Position numbers and translations under genes: made by a program. A stretch of 64,000 nt of DNA from Bryobacterales bacterium (GTDB lineage Bacteria; Acidobacteriota; Terriglobia; Bryobacterales; UBA6623), in contig OY729428.2 in NCBI GenBank assembly GCA_963422375.2, forward strand, positions 192,001 through 256,000, in the 5' to 3' direction. The notes below the pieces were generated by a model. That model ran no database searches and was not told the origin of the DNA. It was given only the letters and a program-made list of their open reading frames with translations. Positions 50,424-61,599 of this stretch are shown here, piece after piece (positions within the stretch are counted from its first letter, which is position 1; each line of letters starts with the position of its first letter).

Positions 50424-52139
50424 CTAGCGGCTGCCGGTCTCAGCGGCTGCCGGTCGCGAGACGACTACCGCCCGTCCCGCCGGGACGTCTTCCAGCGTCT
50501 GGGTCTCGCCCGACGGCCAGGTCACGGTCACGCGGTCGGCGCGCTCGAGAGGCCCGAGTCCGAAGTGCAGGCTCGGGGCGTTCGCGGAGAGATAGCTTGC
50601 GGACGAGCGGGCCTCGCGCAGCTGGGTCTTCCCTCCAGCGGTCACGAGCACCCGCGCCCCGATCACCGGACCGTCGCGCAGGAGGACCGTCAGCGAGCGG
50701 TTGTCGCTGCCGCCATCGTTTCGCAGCAGGCTGGGCGGGCCGTCGAGGTTGTTCACGACCGCGTCCAGATCCCCGTCGTTGTCGTAGTCCCCCAGCGCTA
50801 GGCCGCGGCTCTTGTAGCGGCGCACCAAGCCGAGATCCCGGCCTCTCTCCGCGAAGGCTCGTCCCTCCAGGTTCATGAATACGAGCCAGCGCTGCTCGTA
50901 CTCGAGGCCCATCTCGAAGCGGTCGGCCTCGGGATAGAGATGGCCGTTCACGACGAACAGATCCTCCCAAGAATCGTTGTCCAGGTCCCCGAAAGAGACG
51001 CCCCAGCCGACATGCAGGTGCGTGCTCTGCCCGTGACCGGCCGGATCGGTGAGGTTGGTGAAGCTGCCGTCGCCGTTGTTGACGAGCAGCGAATTGCTCT
51101 CGTACGACGAATTCGTGTAGTACAGGTCCAGCCAGCCGTCGTGGTCGATGTCCGCCGAGTCCACGCCCATCGATCCCTCCTCGATCCCGTCCTGGGAGAA
51201 CGCCGCTCCGAGAAGCACGGCCAGATCTTCGAACGAGCCGTCCCCGTTGTTCCGGTAGAGGAAGTTCGCGGTCAGGTCGTTCGCGACGAAGATGTCCGGC
51301 CACGAGTCGTTGTCGTAGTCGGCGACCTGCACGGCCAAGCCGTACAGGCGCTCGTCGTCAATGCCCAGCGCGGGCGCCCGGTCGGCAAACCGGCCCGTTC
51401 CGTCGTTGACGTAGAGCGAGTCGCGCAGGCCCGCGAGGCCGCGAGGCCCGCAGAAGACGGCGAAACCGCGGTAGTTGCAGTTCGCGTCCCGCTGCGGCAG
51501 GCGGTCGAGGGGATAGGCCAGGTAGTTGCTGACATAGAGGTCGAGGTCGCCGTCCCGGTCGAGGTCGGCGAACGCCGCCCCGAGGCTCCACGGCGACGGC
51601 GCGATGCCCGAGCGCCGCGCCAGCTCCTCAAACTTCCCTTCCCCCAAGTTCCGGTAGAGGGCGTTGCTGGCATACCCGGTGAGGAAGAAGTCGGTCCGGC
51701 CGTCGCCGTCGTAGTCCGCGACGGTCACCCCCTGGCCCCAGCCGCGGGCCGTGAGGCCGGCCTCCTCGGTGACGTCCCTGAACCCGCCCGTGCCATCCCC
51801 CCTGTACAGCGCGCACATGAGGTCGCCGCCCTGCTCGAATCCCTCGATCGTCGAGCCGCGCACGAGCAGGACGTCGAGCAGGCCGTCCGCATCGTAATCA
51901 AGGAAAGCGGTCCCGCCTCCCATGACCTCGATGATGTGCTCCTTGCCGGGGCTGCCCTGCAATCCGTCGAAGGAGTCCAGCCCCGACTCCGCGGTCACGT
52001 CGACGAATCGCAGCCCCGCTCCCTCGCTCGCCGCTCCGAGCCCCGTCAGCAGGAGTCCGGCCGTCGCGACTCGCGCGACGCGGCAGCTGTTCCGCCGGGC
52101 TCGGGGCGTGCCCGGCGGGCGGGCAGCTGGAAACAGCAC
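50424..52139 (-). CDS. CRTAC1/ASPIC-UnbV family FG-GAP repeat protein
   Basis: FVDVTAESGL, repeated DYD.DG..D blades, SRGLALGDYDNDGDLD, IGARV...SYLS...LHFGLG...WPSG. Confidence 0.92.
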   Translation of the reverse strand: MLFPAARPPGTPRARRNSCRVARVATAGLLLTGLGAASEGAGLRFVDVTAESGLDSFDGLQGSPGKEHIIEVMGGGTAFLDYDADGLLDVLLVRGSTIEGFEQGGDLMCALYRGDGTGGFRDVTEEAGLTARGWGQGVTVADYDGDGRTDFFLTGYASNALYRNLGEGKFEELARRSGIAPSPWSLGAAFADLDRDGDLDLYVSNYLAYPLDRLPQRDANCNYRGFAVFCGPRGLAGLRDSLYVNDGTGRFADRAPALGIDDERLYGLAVQVADYDNDSWPDIFVANDLTANFLYRNNGDGSFEDLAVLLGAAFSQDGIEEGSMGVDSADIDHDGWLDLYYTNSSYESNSLLVNNGDGSFTNLTDPAGHGQSTHLHVGWGVSFGDLDNDSWEDLFVVNGHLYPEADRFEMGLEYEQRWLVFMNLEGRAFAERGRDLGLVRRYKSRGLALGDYDNDGDLDAVVNNLDGPPSLLRNDGGSDNRSLTVLLRDGPVIGARVLVTAGGKTQLREARSSASYLSANAPSLHFGLGPLERADRVTVTWPSGETQTLEDVPAGRAVVVSRPAAAETGSR

Positions 52140-52210
52140 AGAGACTTGTCCGGGGATGGCGGCGCGAGGGCCCTCCGGGGCGCAAGCGCGCCCGCCCCGG
52201 AGGGTCGGGC

Positions 52211-55200
52211 CTAGAACAGCAGCTTCACCCCGAGCTGGATCTGGCGCGCGGCCTGCCCCGCCACCAAGCCGCTGATCACCCCGAACGCCGGCGAATCGAG
52301 ATCGGCGTTGGGATTGCCGAAGTTCACGTTGTCCAACGCATTGAAGTACTCGGAGCGGACCTGCAGTGCCACGGACTCGGCGAGGCGGAAGTTCTTGTAC
52401 AGGCCGAAATCCAGTTGGAACAAGCCGGGACCCGTGACGATGTTCCTGCCCGCCGAGCCGAAGGTGTAGGGGGCGGGCTCGGCGAACGCGCCCTTGCTGA
52501 GGTATTGGTCGGGCGCCCCGCTCGTGCCCGCCAAGGGGTCTCCCGCCAGGTCCGGGCGCTGGGCCTGGACCCGCGGCCCTATGTTGGCGACATCCCTGGG
52601 GATCGTCACGTTGATCGGCGCGCCGCTGTTCGCCGTCATTACGCCGGTGACCTGCCAGCCACCCAGGACCGCATTCGCCAGCCCGCCCATGTTCGCCCCG
52701 AGGGCGCGGTTCCTGCCGATAGGCACCTGCCAGACGTAGTCCGCGGAGAACGTGTGCAGCCGGTGCAGATCAGACAGCGAGCGGTCGCCTTGGGGATCCA
52801 GAGGGTTCTGCGGGCTCTTGCTGGCCGAGAAGCCAGCCCCGAGCGTGTCGATGGTCTTGCCCCACGCGTAGTTCAACCGAAACGAGAGGCCCTCGGCAAA
52901 GCGCTTCTCGGCCTTGAACTGGAGCCCGTGGTAGATCGAATCCGCTTCGTTCGTCATCTCGCTCATCGCGCCGTACTGCGGATACGGTCGCCGCGGGTCG
53001 ACGTCCCCCGGGCCAGGAGACGCCGTGTTGGTGTTGATGAACGAGGACATGTCGGAGCCCTTGGTGCCGACGTAGCCCAGTTCCACCATCAGCGAATCGG
53101 TCAGCTGGCGCTGCACGTGCAGGTTCCACTGCTGGGTGTAGCTGACCCTGTTGTTGCGGTTCACGATGTGCTGGGCGCGCGGCGCCACCGTGCTGCCCTT
53201 CTCGATGTCCAGCTGCGGGCTGAATGTCGTCTCGACGAACGAGAAGTCCGTGCGCTCGTTGAGGTTCGAGAGGGTCTCGCTGATGGCGAACGGCCAGTTG
53301 CCGCGGATGCCCTGGGCCTCCCACAAGTAGTTGGACATGTAGAACACGCCGTACCCGGCGCGGATGGTGGACTTGTCCCCGATGCGGTACGCCAGGCCGA
53401 AGCGCGGGGCGAAGTTGTTGTAGTCGGGCTCCACGATGCCGCGGCGCGCGTTGGGAGGCTCGCCGGTCACCGGGTTCACACCGTCCCAGAGGAACTCTCC
53501 GGTGTCGATGTCGATCGACGCCAGCAGGTCGTCGCGATGCTTGGGGTACTCGATCAGGTCGTAGCGCAGGCCGAGGTTTAGGGTGAGACGCGACGTGACC
53601 TTCCAGTCGTCCTGGAAATAGAAGCCGTAGTCCTCCTTGCGCATGATCGCGGTCGTCCCGCGGCCGATGTTGCGCTGCGCCACGTTGGGCATGCCCAGAA
53701 GGTAGGCGGCGACGGCGTTGCCCGTGTTCTCGGCGTTCTGGGGATCCTCGGTCGGGCGCTTGTTGAAGGTCATGTTGCCGGTGAAGTACCCGTCGTCCAA
53801 GTTGCGGTTGTGCTTGAACTCGAACCCGGCCTTGATGCTGTGGTTCCCGACGATCTTCGTGACGCTCGAAATGACGCTGTAGGTGTCATCGGGGAACGGG
53901 AACCCCGTCTGGCTCGGATTCGCGAAGCCGGCGATCCCCCACTGCGGATAGAGCGGCACGGCCTCGCTCTTGAGGATCGGAATGCCCTGGATGTTGTTGC
54001 CGTTGATGAAGTTGGCGATGCCCTCGACGCCGCCGGGCGCGCTGTCGGCAATTTGCAGGTTGTTGCGGTGGTAGGCCAGCTTGACGTCGAGGATGGTCGT
54101 CGGGCTGAGCGTGTGGGTGTCGCTCACCATGATGTTGGTGAAGGTGTTGACGAGGTTGTTGTCGATCGCGAGGTGCGCCGTGGGGCGCGGGCTGACCGAG
54201 TCGGTCAGGTTGTAGCGGCCGGTGAGGATGTTCTTGTCGCTGATCCGGTGGTCGACCTTGCCCATCCATTGGTTGTTGTCGATGCGGGCCGCCTTGGTGT
54301 TCAGCAGGTTCTGCGTCTGCCCCGGCCGGTTCGGGGCGGACCAGAGGATGTCGACCAGCTGCGACGTGGCGGCGTTGATCCGGCTCGCGGGCACCCTGTT
54401 GTCCGCGAGGGGGCTGCGAGTCAGCGACCCGTCGGCGAGCTCGACCGTGGTCAGCGGATCGAAAACCTGCGCAGCCGCGTTCCCGACGAGGTCCGAGGAG
54501 AGGTCGCCGCCGAACATCTCCCGCGTGGGCACGACGTTCAGCAGCGTGGACTCGCGGCTGCGCCGCTGGCCCTCGTACATGAAGAAGAAGAAGGTCTGGT
54601 TGCGTACGATCGGTCCGCCGACGGTCGCGCCGAACTGGTTCTGCCGGAATTCCGGCTTCTCGGCGCCCGACTTCTTGGCGAAGTAGTCCACCGAGTCGAA
54701 GTTGTCGTTGCGCACGAACTCGAAGGCCGAGCCATGGAACTGGTTGGTGCCGGACTTGGTGACCACGTTGACGTTGGCCCCCGCGGCCGTGCCGAACTCC
54801 GCCGAGGTGATGTTGGTCTGGATGCGGAATTCCTGGATCGCGTCGATCGAGGGCTGCACTCCGAAGGTCTTGAAGAACGACTCGTTGTTGTTGACTCCGT
54901 CCAGGGTGTAGTTGTTCGCCTCGCTGCGCAGACCGCTGACCGAGACCGCGGTGCCGCTCGTCTGGAAGCTGGTGAGCGCGCCGGCGCCGGCCACGGCCCC
55001 GGGCATGAGAATCGTCAGCTGCGTGAAGCTGCGCCCGTTGAGAGGCAGCTCGACTACCTTCTGGTTGTCCACGGTGGAGGCGACCGTCGAGCTGTCGGTC
55101 TGGAGCTGCGGGAGGGCCGCGGTGACCTCGATAGTCTCGGTCACCTGTCCGACCCTCATGGCGAGGTCGACCCGCAGAGTCTGGTTGACCTCGAGCCGCA

Positions 55201-55492
55201 CGCCGGTCTGGGTCGCCCGGCTGAACCCGGTCAGCTCGCCCTCAATGGTGTAGACCGCCGGCGGCAGAGAGACAACCGTGTAGCCGCCGGTTTCATTCGT
55301 GCTGGCGGTGCGGGCGAGGCCGGTGCCCTCGTTGGTGACGGTCACCGTCACGCCGGGGATGACCGCTCCGCTCTCGTCGGTCACGTTGCCGACGACCGTT
55401 CCGAACGCGGTCTGGGCCTGCGCGGGCACGGCCGTAAGGGACGCGAGCAGGAGTAGCAAGGCACCCCCAGTAGCAAGCGAGCACTTCTTCAT
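52211..55492 (-). CDS. TonB-dependent receptor with carboxypeptidase-regulatory N-domain (Oar-like)
   Basis: Signal peptide; GNVTDESGAVIPG, ELPLNGRSF, SIDAIQEF, TKSGTNQFHG, QDDWKV, NNFAPRFG, GSAGRN, RQIQLGVKLLF. Confidence 0.95.
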   Translation of the reverse strand: MKKCSLATGGALLLLLASLTAVPAQAQTAFGTVVGNVTDESGAVIPGVTVTVTNEGTGLARTASTNETGGYTVVSLPPAVYTIEGELTGFSRATQTGVRLEVNQTLRVDLAMRVGQVTETIEVTAALPQLQTDSSTVASTVDNQKVVELPLNGRSFTQLTILMPGAVAGAGALTSFQTSGTAVSVSGLRSEANNYTLDGVNNNESFFKTFGVQPSIDAIQEFRIQTNITSAEFGTAAGANVNVVTKSGTNQFHGSAFEFVRNDNFDSVDYFAKKSGAEKPEFRQNQFGATVGGPIVRNQTFFFFMYEGQRRSRESTLLNVVPTREMFGGDLSSDLVGNAAAQVFDPLTTVELADGSLTRSPLADNRVPASRINAATSQLVDILWSAPNRPGQTQNLLNTKAARIDNNQWMGKVDHRISDKNILTGRYNLTDSVSPRPTAHLAIDNNLVNTFTNIMVSDTHTLSPTTILDVKLAYHRNNLQIADSAPGGVEGIANFINGNNIQGIPILKSEAVPLYPQWGIAGFANPSQTGFPFPDDTYSVISSVTKIVGNHSIKAGFEFKHNRNLDDGYFTGNMTFNKRPTEDPQNAENTGNAVAAYLLGMPNVAQRNIGRGTTAIMRKEDYGFYFQDDWKVTSRLTLNLGLRYDLIEYPKHRDDLLASIDIDTGEFLWDGVNPVTGEPPNARRGIVEPDYNNFAPRFGLAYRIGDKSTIRAGYGVFYMSNYLWEAQGIRGNWPFAISETLSNLNERTDFSFVETTFSPQLDIEKGSTVAPRAQHIVNRNNRVSYTQQWNLHVQRQLTDSLMVELGYVGTKGSDMSSFINTNTASPGPGDVDPRRPYPQYGAMSEMTNEADSIYHGLQFKAEKRFAEGLSFRLNYAWGKTIDTLGAGFSASKSPQNPLDPQGDRSLSDLHRLHTFSADYVWQVPIGRNRALGANMGGLANAVLGGWQVTGVMTANSGAPINVTIPRDVANIGPRVQAQRPDLAGDPLAGTSGAPDQYLSKGAFAEPAPYTFGSAGRNIVTGPGLFQLDFGLYKNFRLAESVALQVRSEYFNALDNVNFGNPNADLDSPAFGVISGLVAGQAARQIQLGVKLLF

Positions 55493-56062
55493 CGAACATT
55501 CCTTCTTTCTGCTCTCACCCTTAATCCAGCGCACTGCACCGAGCCGTCGCGGGCCCACAAAATTCAGACGTGTCAGACGTGCTAGTCGGCAAGCTGCCGC
55601 AATTCTATCGCACGCGGGTGCCGACTCGGTCAGCTCGGGCGAACGCGCCCTACCTTCGCGACTCCGGTCGCCGACCCCTACCGCCTGCGCAGCCGATTTG
55701 CCGCGCCCCGCTCTGCGACGGGACGACCCGATGCAATCTCGGCAATCTCCACGCGACGCAGGTACCAGTCCGGCAGTGCCCGCTCGCGCCCGACGCGAGA
55801 CGGCTTGACCTATCCGGGCAATCGCCGCTCCGTCGCAGCCTCGGGCCGCGCCCCTGCGCCGACGCCGTGTCGCCTGCCCCACTCCTCGAGGTTGCTCAGA
55901 TCTCGCTCGGCCCGGATTCCCTGCACGCAGAGAGAGCGTTCGATGTCGACCGACCCGCCACGCAGCATGCACGATCCAGACCGATTCAGATCTGCAATCG
56001 CCGCTCGATCGAGCGACCCCGTGCGGGCCTGGCAAGAATCAGGCCGATCGGCATTCGGCCAG

Positions 56063-57778
56063 TCAGCTGCCGCTAGAGAATCCGGTGTCCGCCGTCGAGC
56101 GAGCCTCGGCCGCGGTCCGCTTCTCCTCGAACATCTCCAAGTGTCGTTCCGCCTCGGAGCGCCTTCCGACGCGCAGGCAGGCCCTCCCCAGCAGGTAGTA
56201 CGCGTTGTGAAGCTCGGGCTCGATTTCGATCACCGCCTCCAGCGCCGCGATCGCCTCTTCGAAGCGCCCGAGGCCCGACAGCAGCTTGCCTAGCTCGTAG
56301 CGCGACAGGGCATCGCGGTCATCGGCCGCGGCCGCCGAGGACAAGGCCTTGATCGCGCCCAGCCGGTCGGTCAGCTCGCCGCCGCCGGCCAGAGCTCGCC
56401 CGAGGTCCCTGAGAAACAGGGAATTGCGTGGGGAGAGGCCGACCGCCTTGCGGAGCGAGGCCAGCCCGGCCTCGCGCCTTTCCTGGCGCACGTAGGCGCG
56501 CCCCAGCAGGTGGTGGGCGCGGCCTCGCTGAGGGGCCAGCCGAGCCAGCGCCTCGAGCAGCGGCAGCAGGGCCGGATTGCCCGGCTCGACATGCAGGCAG
56601 CTGTAGGCGAGGGCCTCGAGGACGCGCGGCGTGTCCCCTTCGTAGGCTCGCGCGAGACCGAGCAGCGCGGCGGCGGTACGGTGATGCTGCCGCGAGGCGA
56701 GAGCGCTCGCCAGCTCGAAATAGTCGTCCGCCCGGCGGGCATCTCGAAATCCGGCAGGGCGGTCGGCTGGCCGTTCGTCGGACCGGCCGGGGCAGGAATC
56801 CCGCCGGGCCGAGAAGAAGACCTTCGGTCTGACCGCCGACGGAAGGCCTCGCAGCGCCTCCAGGCGGCTCTCGGCTTCATTGACTCGGTCCAAGTCGAGG
56901 AGCATGAACGCGAGATTCAGGTAGGCGTGCGGGCTGTCCGGCCAGCGCCTGATCACGTCCAGAAACACTGCCTCTGCCTCGCTTGGGCGGCCCGCGAGCG
57001 CCAGGGACGAGGCGAGGAGCGACGCCGACTCCGCGGTGGACCGCGCGACGTCGAAGACCCTGAGCAGCGACACAGCTGTTTCGTGGCGGTTCAGCATGTG
57101 GTTCGCGAGCGCTGCGAAGTGCCGCGCCTCGTAGGAATCCGGGGAGATCTCCAAGGCGGCCTCGAACGCTTGCAACGCGTCGGAATAGAAAAACTGGCCG
57201 AACAGCAACCCGCCCGCCTGGACCAGCACGGATGTCGAACGCGGGCTCATGGAAAGGAGTTGCCTGGCCGCGCTCCACCCGCCGCTCAGGCGCCCGCTAG
57301 CGAATTCCGCCCCGGCGAGGTGCAGCAGAGCCCCCGTGTTGCGGAAGCCGAGATCCACAGCCTGTCGCAGGTGCCGCGCCGCCTCGGGCTGTCGACCCGC
57401 CGTGCGCCATGCGAGGCCGGCCTGGTAGTGGAGCACCCCTTGCCGGGGGGCGAGGGCTAACGCGCGCTCGAACTCCCGCGCGGCCTCCTCGCCGCGTCCC
57501 TGCTCGAACCGCACCTCTCCCAGCGCCCTGTGCAGCAAGGCGGGTCGCCGCCCCCGGGCCGCGGTATCGACGCCGGCGATCGATTCGGCCAAGAGCGCCG
57601 CCGCTACATCCAAGTTCCCGGCCCGGCGCTCCGCTTGCGCTCGGTCGAGCGCGTCCGACAAGTCCTCACCCAACGCCAAGGGGCAGGCAAGCAGACTCGC
57701 GACAGCCAGCGAGCCGGTTCTCAGCGACTGGACAAGAAGCGCACGCAACCTGCCACCATTGTCGATGGGAACGGTCAC
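56063..57778 (-). CDS. Secreted TPR-repeat protein
   Basis: Signal-like N-terminus and many TPR units (LHRALGEV, AYLNLA, AHHLLGRAY, SRYELGKL, AYYLLGRA). Confidence 0.85.
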   Translation of the reverse strand: MTVPIDNGGRLRALLVQSLRTGSLAVASLLACPLALGEDLSDALDRAQAERRAGNLDVAAALLAESIAGVDTAARGRRPALLHRALGEVRFEQGRGEEAAREFERALALAPRQGVLHYQAGLAWRTAGRQPEAARHLRQAVDLGFRNTGALLHLAGAEFASGRLSGGWSAARQLLSMSPRSTSVLVQAGGLLFGQFFYSDALQAFEAALEISPDSYEARHFAALANHMLNRHETAVSLLRVFDVARSTAESASLLASSLALAGRPSEAEAVFLDVIRRWPDSPHAYLNLAFMLLDLDRVNEAESRLEALRGLPSAVRPKVFFSARRDSCPGRSDERPADRPAGFRDARRADDYFELASALASRQHHRTAAALLGLARAYEGDTPRVLEALAYSCLHVEPGNPALLPLLEALARLAPQRGRAHHLLGRAYVRQERREAGLASLRKAVGLSPRNSLFLRDLGRALAGGGELTDRLGAIKALSSAAAADDRDALSRYELGKLLSGLGRFEEAIAALEAVIEIEPELHNAYYLLGRACLRVGRRSEAERHLEMFEEKRTAAEARSTADTGFSSGS

Positions 57779-57820
57779 GCGCGCCCGCGGGCTCCGGCAA
57801 TCATGAGGGCCGACCGGACA

Positions 57821-59479
57821 ATGGCTCGATTAGCTGGGACGAGACGGGCCGCCAGATCCGCCTTGTTGGTCGGACTGGCGTGCAGCGCTGCTGTCGCCCA
57901 GTTCACGGAAGTGGCCGCCGACAGCGGGCTGGAATTCCAGCTGCTCTCCGGCTCCGAGGGCAAGCCCTACATCTTGGAGTCGATGACCGGCGGAGTAGGT
58001 TTCCTTGACTACAACGCGGACGGCTGGCCCGACGTCTACCTGGTCAACGGAGGCACCATCGAGTCGCTCAGCCAGCCCGAGGGGCCGGCGACGGACCGGC
58101 TGTTCCGCAACAACCGCGACGGCACCTTCTCGGACGTCACGACCCGCGCCGGGCTGGGCGATGACAGCTGGGGCATGGGCGTCGCCGTCGCGGACGTCGA
58201 CAACGACGGCCGCGTCGACATCTACGTCACCAACTACGGACCGAATCGCCTCTACCTGAATCGAGGCGACGGCACATTCGCCGAGCGTGCTCAGGAGGCC
58301 GGCGTGGCTGGCCGGGCGTGGAGCTCGTCCGCCGCTTTCGCCGACTACGACCGGGACGGCGACGTGGACCTGTACGTGGCGAATTACTTGGAATTCGATC
58401 TCGGGAGCCTGCCCGAGGACAGCCAGCTGTGCCGCTATCGGGGCATTCGCGTGCAATGCGGGCCCCGGGGCATGATCCCCACCGCCGACAGACTGTACGA
58501 GAACCTAGGCGGCGGACGGTTTCGCGATGAGACCGCCCCGTCGGGCGTCGCGACGGCACCGGCTTCCTACGGCCTGGGCGTCGCCTGGGCGGACTACGAC
58601 AACGACGGCGACCCGGACGCCTACGTCGCGAACGACTCGACTGCCAACTTCCTGTTCCGCAACAACGGAGACGGCACCTTCGCCGAGGTTGCCCTGCTGG
58701 CCGGTGTCGCGCTGAGCGGGGACGGCAAGGAACAGGCCGGCATGGGGGTTGCATTCGGTGACTACGACAACGACGGCCTCCTCGACCTGGCAGTGACGAA
58801 CTTCTCGGAAGACTACAACGCCCTCTACCGAAACCAAGGCGGCGGGCAGTTCCGCGACGTGTCCTACGCGGCTGGCCTGGGCGAGGCCAGCTGGCCGAAA
58901 CTGAGCTGGGGCGTGCAGTTCGTCGACTACGACCTCGACGGCCTTCTCGATATCGTGATCGCCGACGGGCACGTCTATCCCGAGGTCGACCGCCACGACC
59001 TCGGGATCCGGTACCGTCAGCCGAACTCGGCTTTCCGGAACCGGGGCGATGGCTCGTTCGTGTTCTTCGATCTGCCGGATCCGCCGCCAGGCCCGCAGTC
59101 GAGCCGGGGGCTCGCCGCCGGGGACTTTGACAACGACGGCACCCTCGACCTGCTGATCGCCAACCTGGACGCGACGCCCTCGCTGCTGCGTGGAACTGCG
59201 TCAGCGAGTCACTGGCTCGTGCTGGACTTGAGGGGCACCGCCTCGAACCGCTCCGCGATCGGCTCCCGCGTCACGGTCGAGGTCGGAGGTCTGCGCCAGA
59301 TCCGCGAAGTGCGCAGCGGGGGAAGCTACCTGTCGCAGAGCGACCTGCGACTGCACTTCGGCCTCGGGCGGCGCGGTGGAGCCGCCGCGGTCCGAATCCG
59401 CTGGCCCAGCGGACTCGTCCAAGTCCTGCACCAAGTTCAGGCCGACCAAGTGCTCCGGATCGACGAGCCGACAGAATAA
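57821..59479 (+). CDS. Second CRTAC1/ASPIC-UnbV family protein
   Basis: FTEVAADSGL, ILESMTGG, DYNADGWPD repeats, QAGMGV, SSRGLAAGDFDNDG, SNRSAIGSRV, GGSYLSQSDLRLHFGLG. Confidence 0.92.
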   Translation: MARLAGTRRAARSALLVGLACSAAVAQFTEVAADSGLEFQLLSGSEGKPYILESMTGGVGFLDYNADGWPDVYLVNGGTIESLSQPEGPATDRLFRNNRDGTFSDVTTRAGLGDDSWGMGVAVADVDNDGRVDIYVTNYGPNRLYLNRGDGTFAERAQEAGVAGRAWSSSAAFADYDRDGDVDLYVANYLEFDLGSLPEDSQLCRYRGIRVQCGPRGMIPTADRLYENLGGGRFRDETAPSGVATAPASYGLGVAWADYDNDGDPDAYVANDSTANFLFRNNGDGTFAEVALLAGVALSGDGKEQAGMGVAFGDYDNDGLLDLAVTNFSEDYNALYRNQGGGQFRDVSYAAGLGEASWPKLSWGVQFVDYDLDGLLDIVIADGHVYPEVDRHDLGIRYRQPNSAFRNRGDGSFVFFDLPDPPPGPQSSRGLAAGDFDNDGTLDLLIANLDATPSLLRGTASASHWLVLDLRGTASNRSAIGSRVTVEVGGLRQIREVRSGGSYLSQSDLRLHFGLGRRGGAAAVRIRWPSGLVQVLHQVQADQVLRIDEPTE

Positions 59480-59567
59480 AAAGGGAATTATATATCTGAG
59501 TGCCGAGGGAATCAAGTCGGCAAATTATCAAGCCATTATAAGATTTCATATTTCTTCCGATTTTCCG

Positions 59568-59597
59568 TTGACATTCTGTGGTATTTCTTGGTAGAAT
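59568..59597 (+). promoter_or_regulatory. Near-consensus sigma70 promoter of the IS1595 transposase
   Basis: TTGACA, 18 bp spacer, TAGAAT with extended -10 TG; 23 nt upstream of ATG 59621. Confidence 0.7.
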
Positions 59598-59719
59598 AGT
59601 TCCAGTAGGGGATGCTGTAAATGAAGAAATCATGTCTCGGAAAGTGGTTCCGTAAAGACATCACATTGATCGAAGTGATCGCCATGTTCCCGGATGACGA
59701 ATCCGCGGAAAAGTAGTTC

Positions 59720-61599
59720 TTGCTTGTGACAAAACCCTGATATTTTGGGGATTCTAGCTGATAGATCCCGACTAAATGATAGCTATGGAAGAAACAGGCT
59801 GCGCCAATTACCCGAACTCATTGCCTCATATTCCATTTTCATTATGAGGATACAGTTCGTTCTGTTCTAGTTGTACACTTTTCCTGAACCTTGTCTCTTC
59901 AAGGTTTCAATTCAGGGCAATTCAGATCGCTGCCGACTGCCTATGCAGCCAGCGGCAAGCGTCCCGTCTTGAGACGCTCCCTCTCTCTGTCGCGCTCTCT
60001 GTCGCGCACGATCCGGCCCACTCGATGCACGTTTGCCGCCAGGACCGCTAGCCCGATCATCCGCTCGAATCCCTCCGCTCCCCGGTCCATCACCCTGTCC
60101 AGACCGCGGCACTCGAGATTGTTGATCGCCGACTCCACGGCCGGGTGCGCCTGCCTCGCAGCCACAAATTCGGGCGCGCCTTCCATCTCCTTCGCCGCCT
60201 TCGACAGCCTCCCCTTCCGTGGCATCGCGTGGCACGACAGCAGTTCCGCCAAGCGCGTCCGGTTCGCCGGGCTGTGAAAGCCCTTGTCGAAGCTGCAGCT
60301 CGACAACCCCGCGTACAGCCCCTGCGCTCCCTCGACGATTCCCACCGCCACGTCCACGTCACTTCCCTTCCACATCACTTCGTGATTCATCACGAATCGG
60401 TGCTCGCTTTCCACGATGCATACCGGAACGCCCAGCTCCACCGGCACCTCCGCTTTTCCTTTCACGCACCAGCGCGTGTGTTCCTCGAAGATCGAGAACA
60501 CTTTCTCCTCGTGCGGGATCTTCTCCGCTCGCAGCACGCGCCGCTCCACCTGGTCCGCCAGGAGCTGCACGTACCCGAGGTCACTCCTTGCCGCTCCCAA
60601 GGTTCCCTCGTCTTCCCCGGCCCGCGCCAGGGCCGCCAGCGCACCCTCCGCCCGCTGCGCTATCTCCAGGGCCGCCTCTAGGTACGACCGCACCCTCTCC
60701 GGGTTGCCTTTCCTCTTCTTCGCCTGCCGCACTCGGTTGAATTTCTGCTTCAGCGTCTTCAGCAGCTGCGTGCTCTGCCGCCAGCCCGCGATGCCGCGCC
60801 CCTTGCACAGCGGCGCACAGCGGCGCAATAGAGCGAATCAGGCAGCGCAACGCGTCCCACAGCAGACTCACGTCCGTCGGGTAATGCACGTTCGTTTCCA
60901 CCACGAACGAGTCGCACCGCGCCTTCAGCGGATCGCCTTCCTTGTACCCCGCCAGTGCGTGCCCCTCCCGCACCACCAGCTGATTGATTTCCGCGAGGAG
61001 GTCGGGCGTGAGAAGCTTCAGATTCCGGTTGACTGTCCGCTAGCTGAAGACCTGCTCGTCGAGCGTCGCGTTCAGACCGAGGAAGCGCCGGACGTCCGCG
61101 TGCTTGTTCGCCAGCTCCGTCACGCGGTCGTAGTCGCAATTCAATCCCTGCTTGAGCAATCCCAGGACAAGAATGTTCCACAGCTGCATGCCGGGACGAC
61201 CGACAGCAGGGTTGATCTTGCCGGACTCTCCTGCGGAAGGATCGCTTCCGTTCTCGCCGTTCTCGCCGTTCCCGCTACTCTCTCCGAGGCCGAGGATACG
61301 GCTCTCGAGCAGTCCAAAAACCCTGTCCCGCAACTTCTCGGTGCGATAGATGAATTGTATTCCTAGCAAGATGGCCGGGATATCGTCGCGGGAACGGACG
61401 TCGAGATCGATATCCTCGATTGCAGTCTGGCCAAGGGTGAGCTGGATCTCCTGAACGGTCCTCACGGGCGGTTCCTCAACGAAGATTGTCGCACAACCCT
61501 CGGAAACGCGCAAGCCGGCCCGGATCGCCCCGATCTTCGTCCCACAGATCTGCTGCAATCGCCCGGAAACTAAGGGCTTGCGCGTTCTGTCACAAGCAC
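59720..61599 (-). mobile_element. ISNCY (ISDol1-like) copy 2; transposase pseudogene 61465..59941
   Basis: Same IRs as copy 1 (terminal G changed to T at 59720); TSD TAGTTC (59714-59719 and 61600-61605); nonsense codon at 61040-61042 and a 10-bp duplication at 60805-60824. Confidence 0.92.

Noticed and set aside
52211..56035. 1274-aa version of the TonB receptor
   Set aside because: The first ~180 codons look non-coding; the signal peptide and SD fit ATG 55492.
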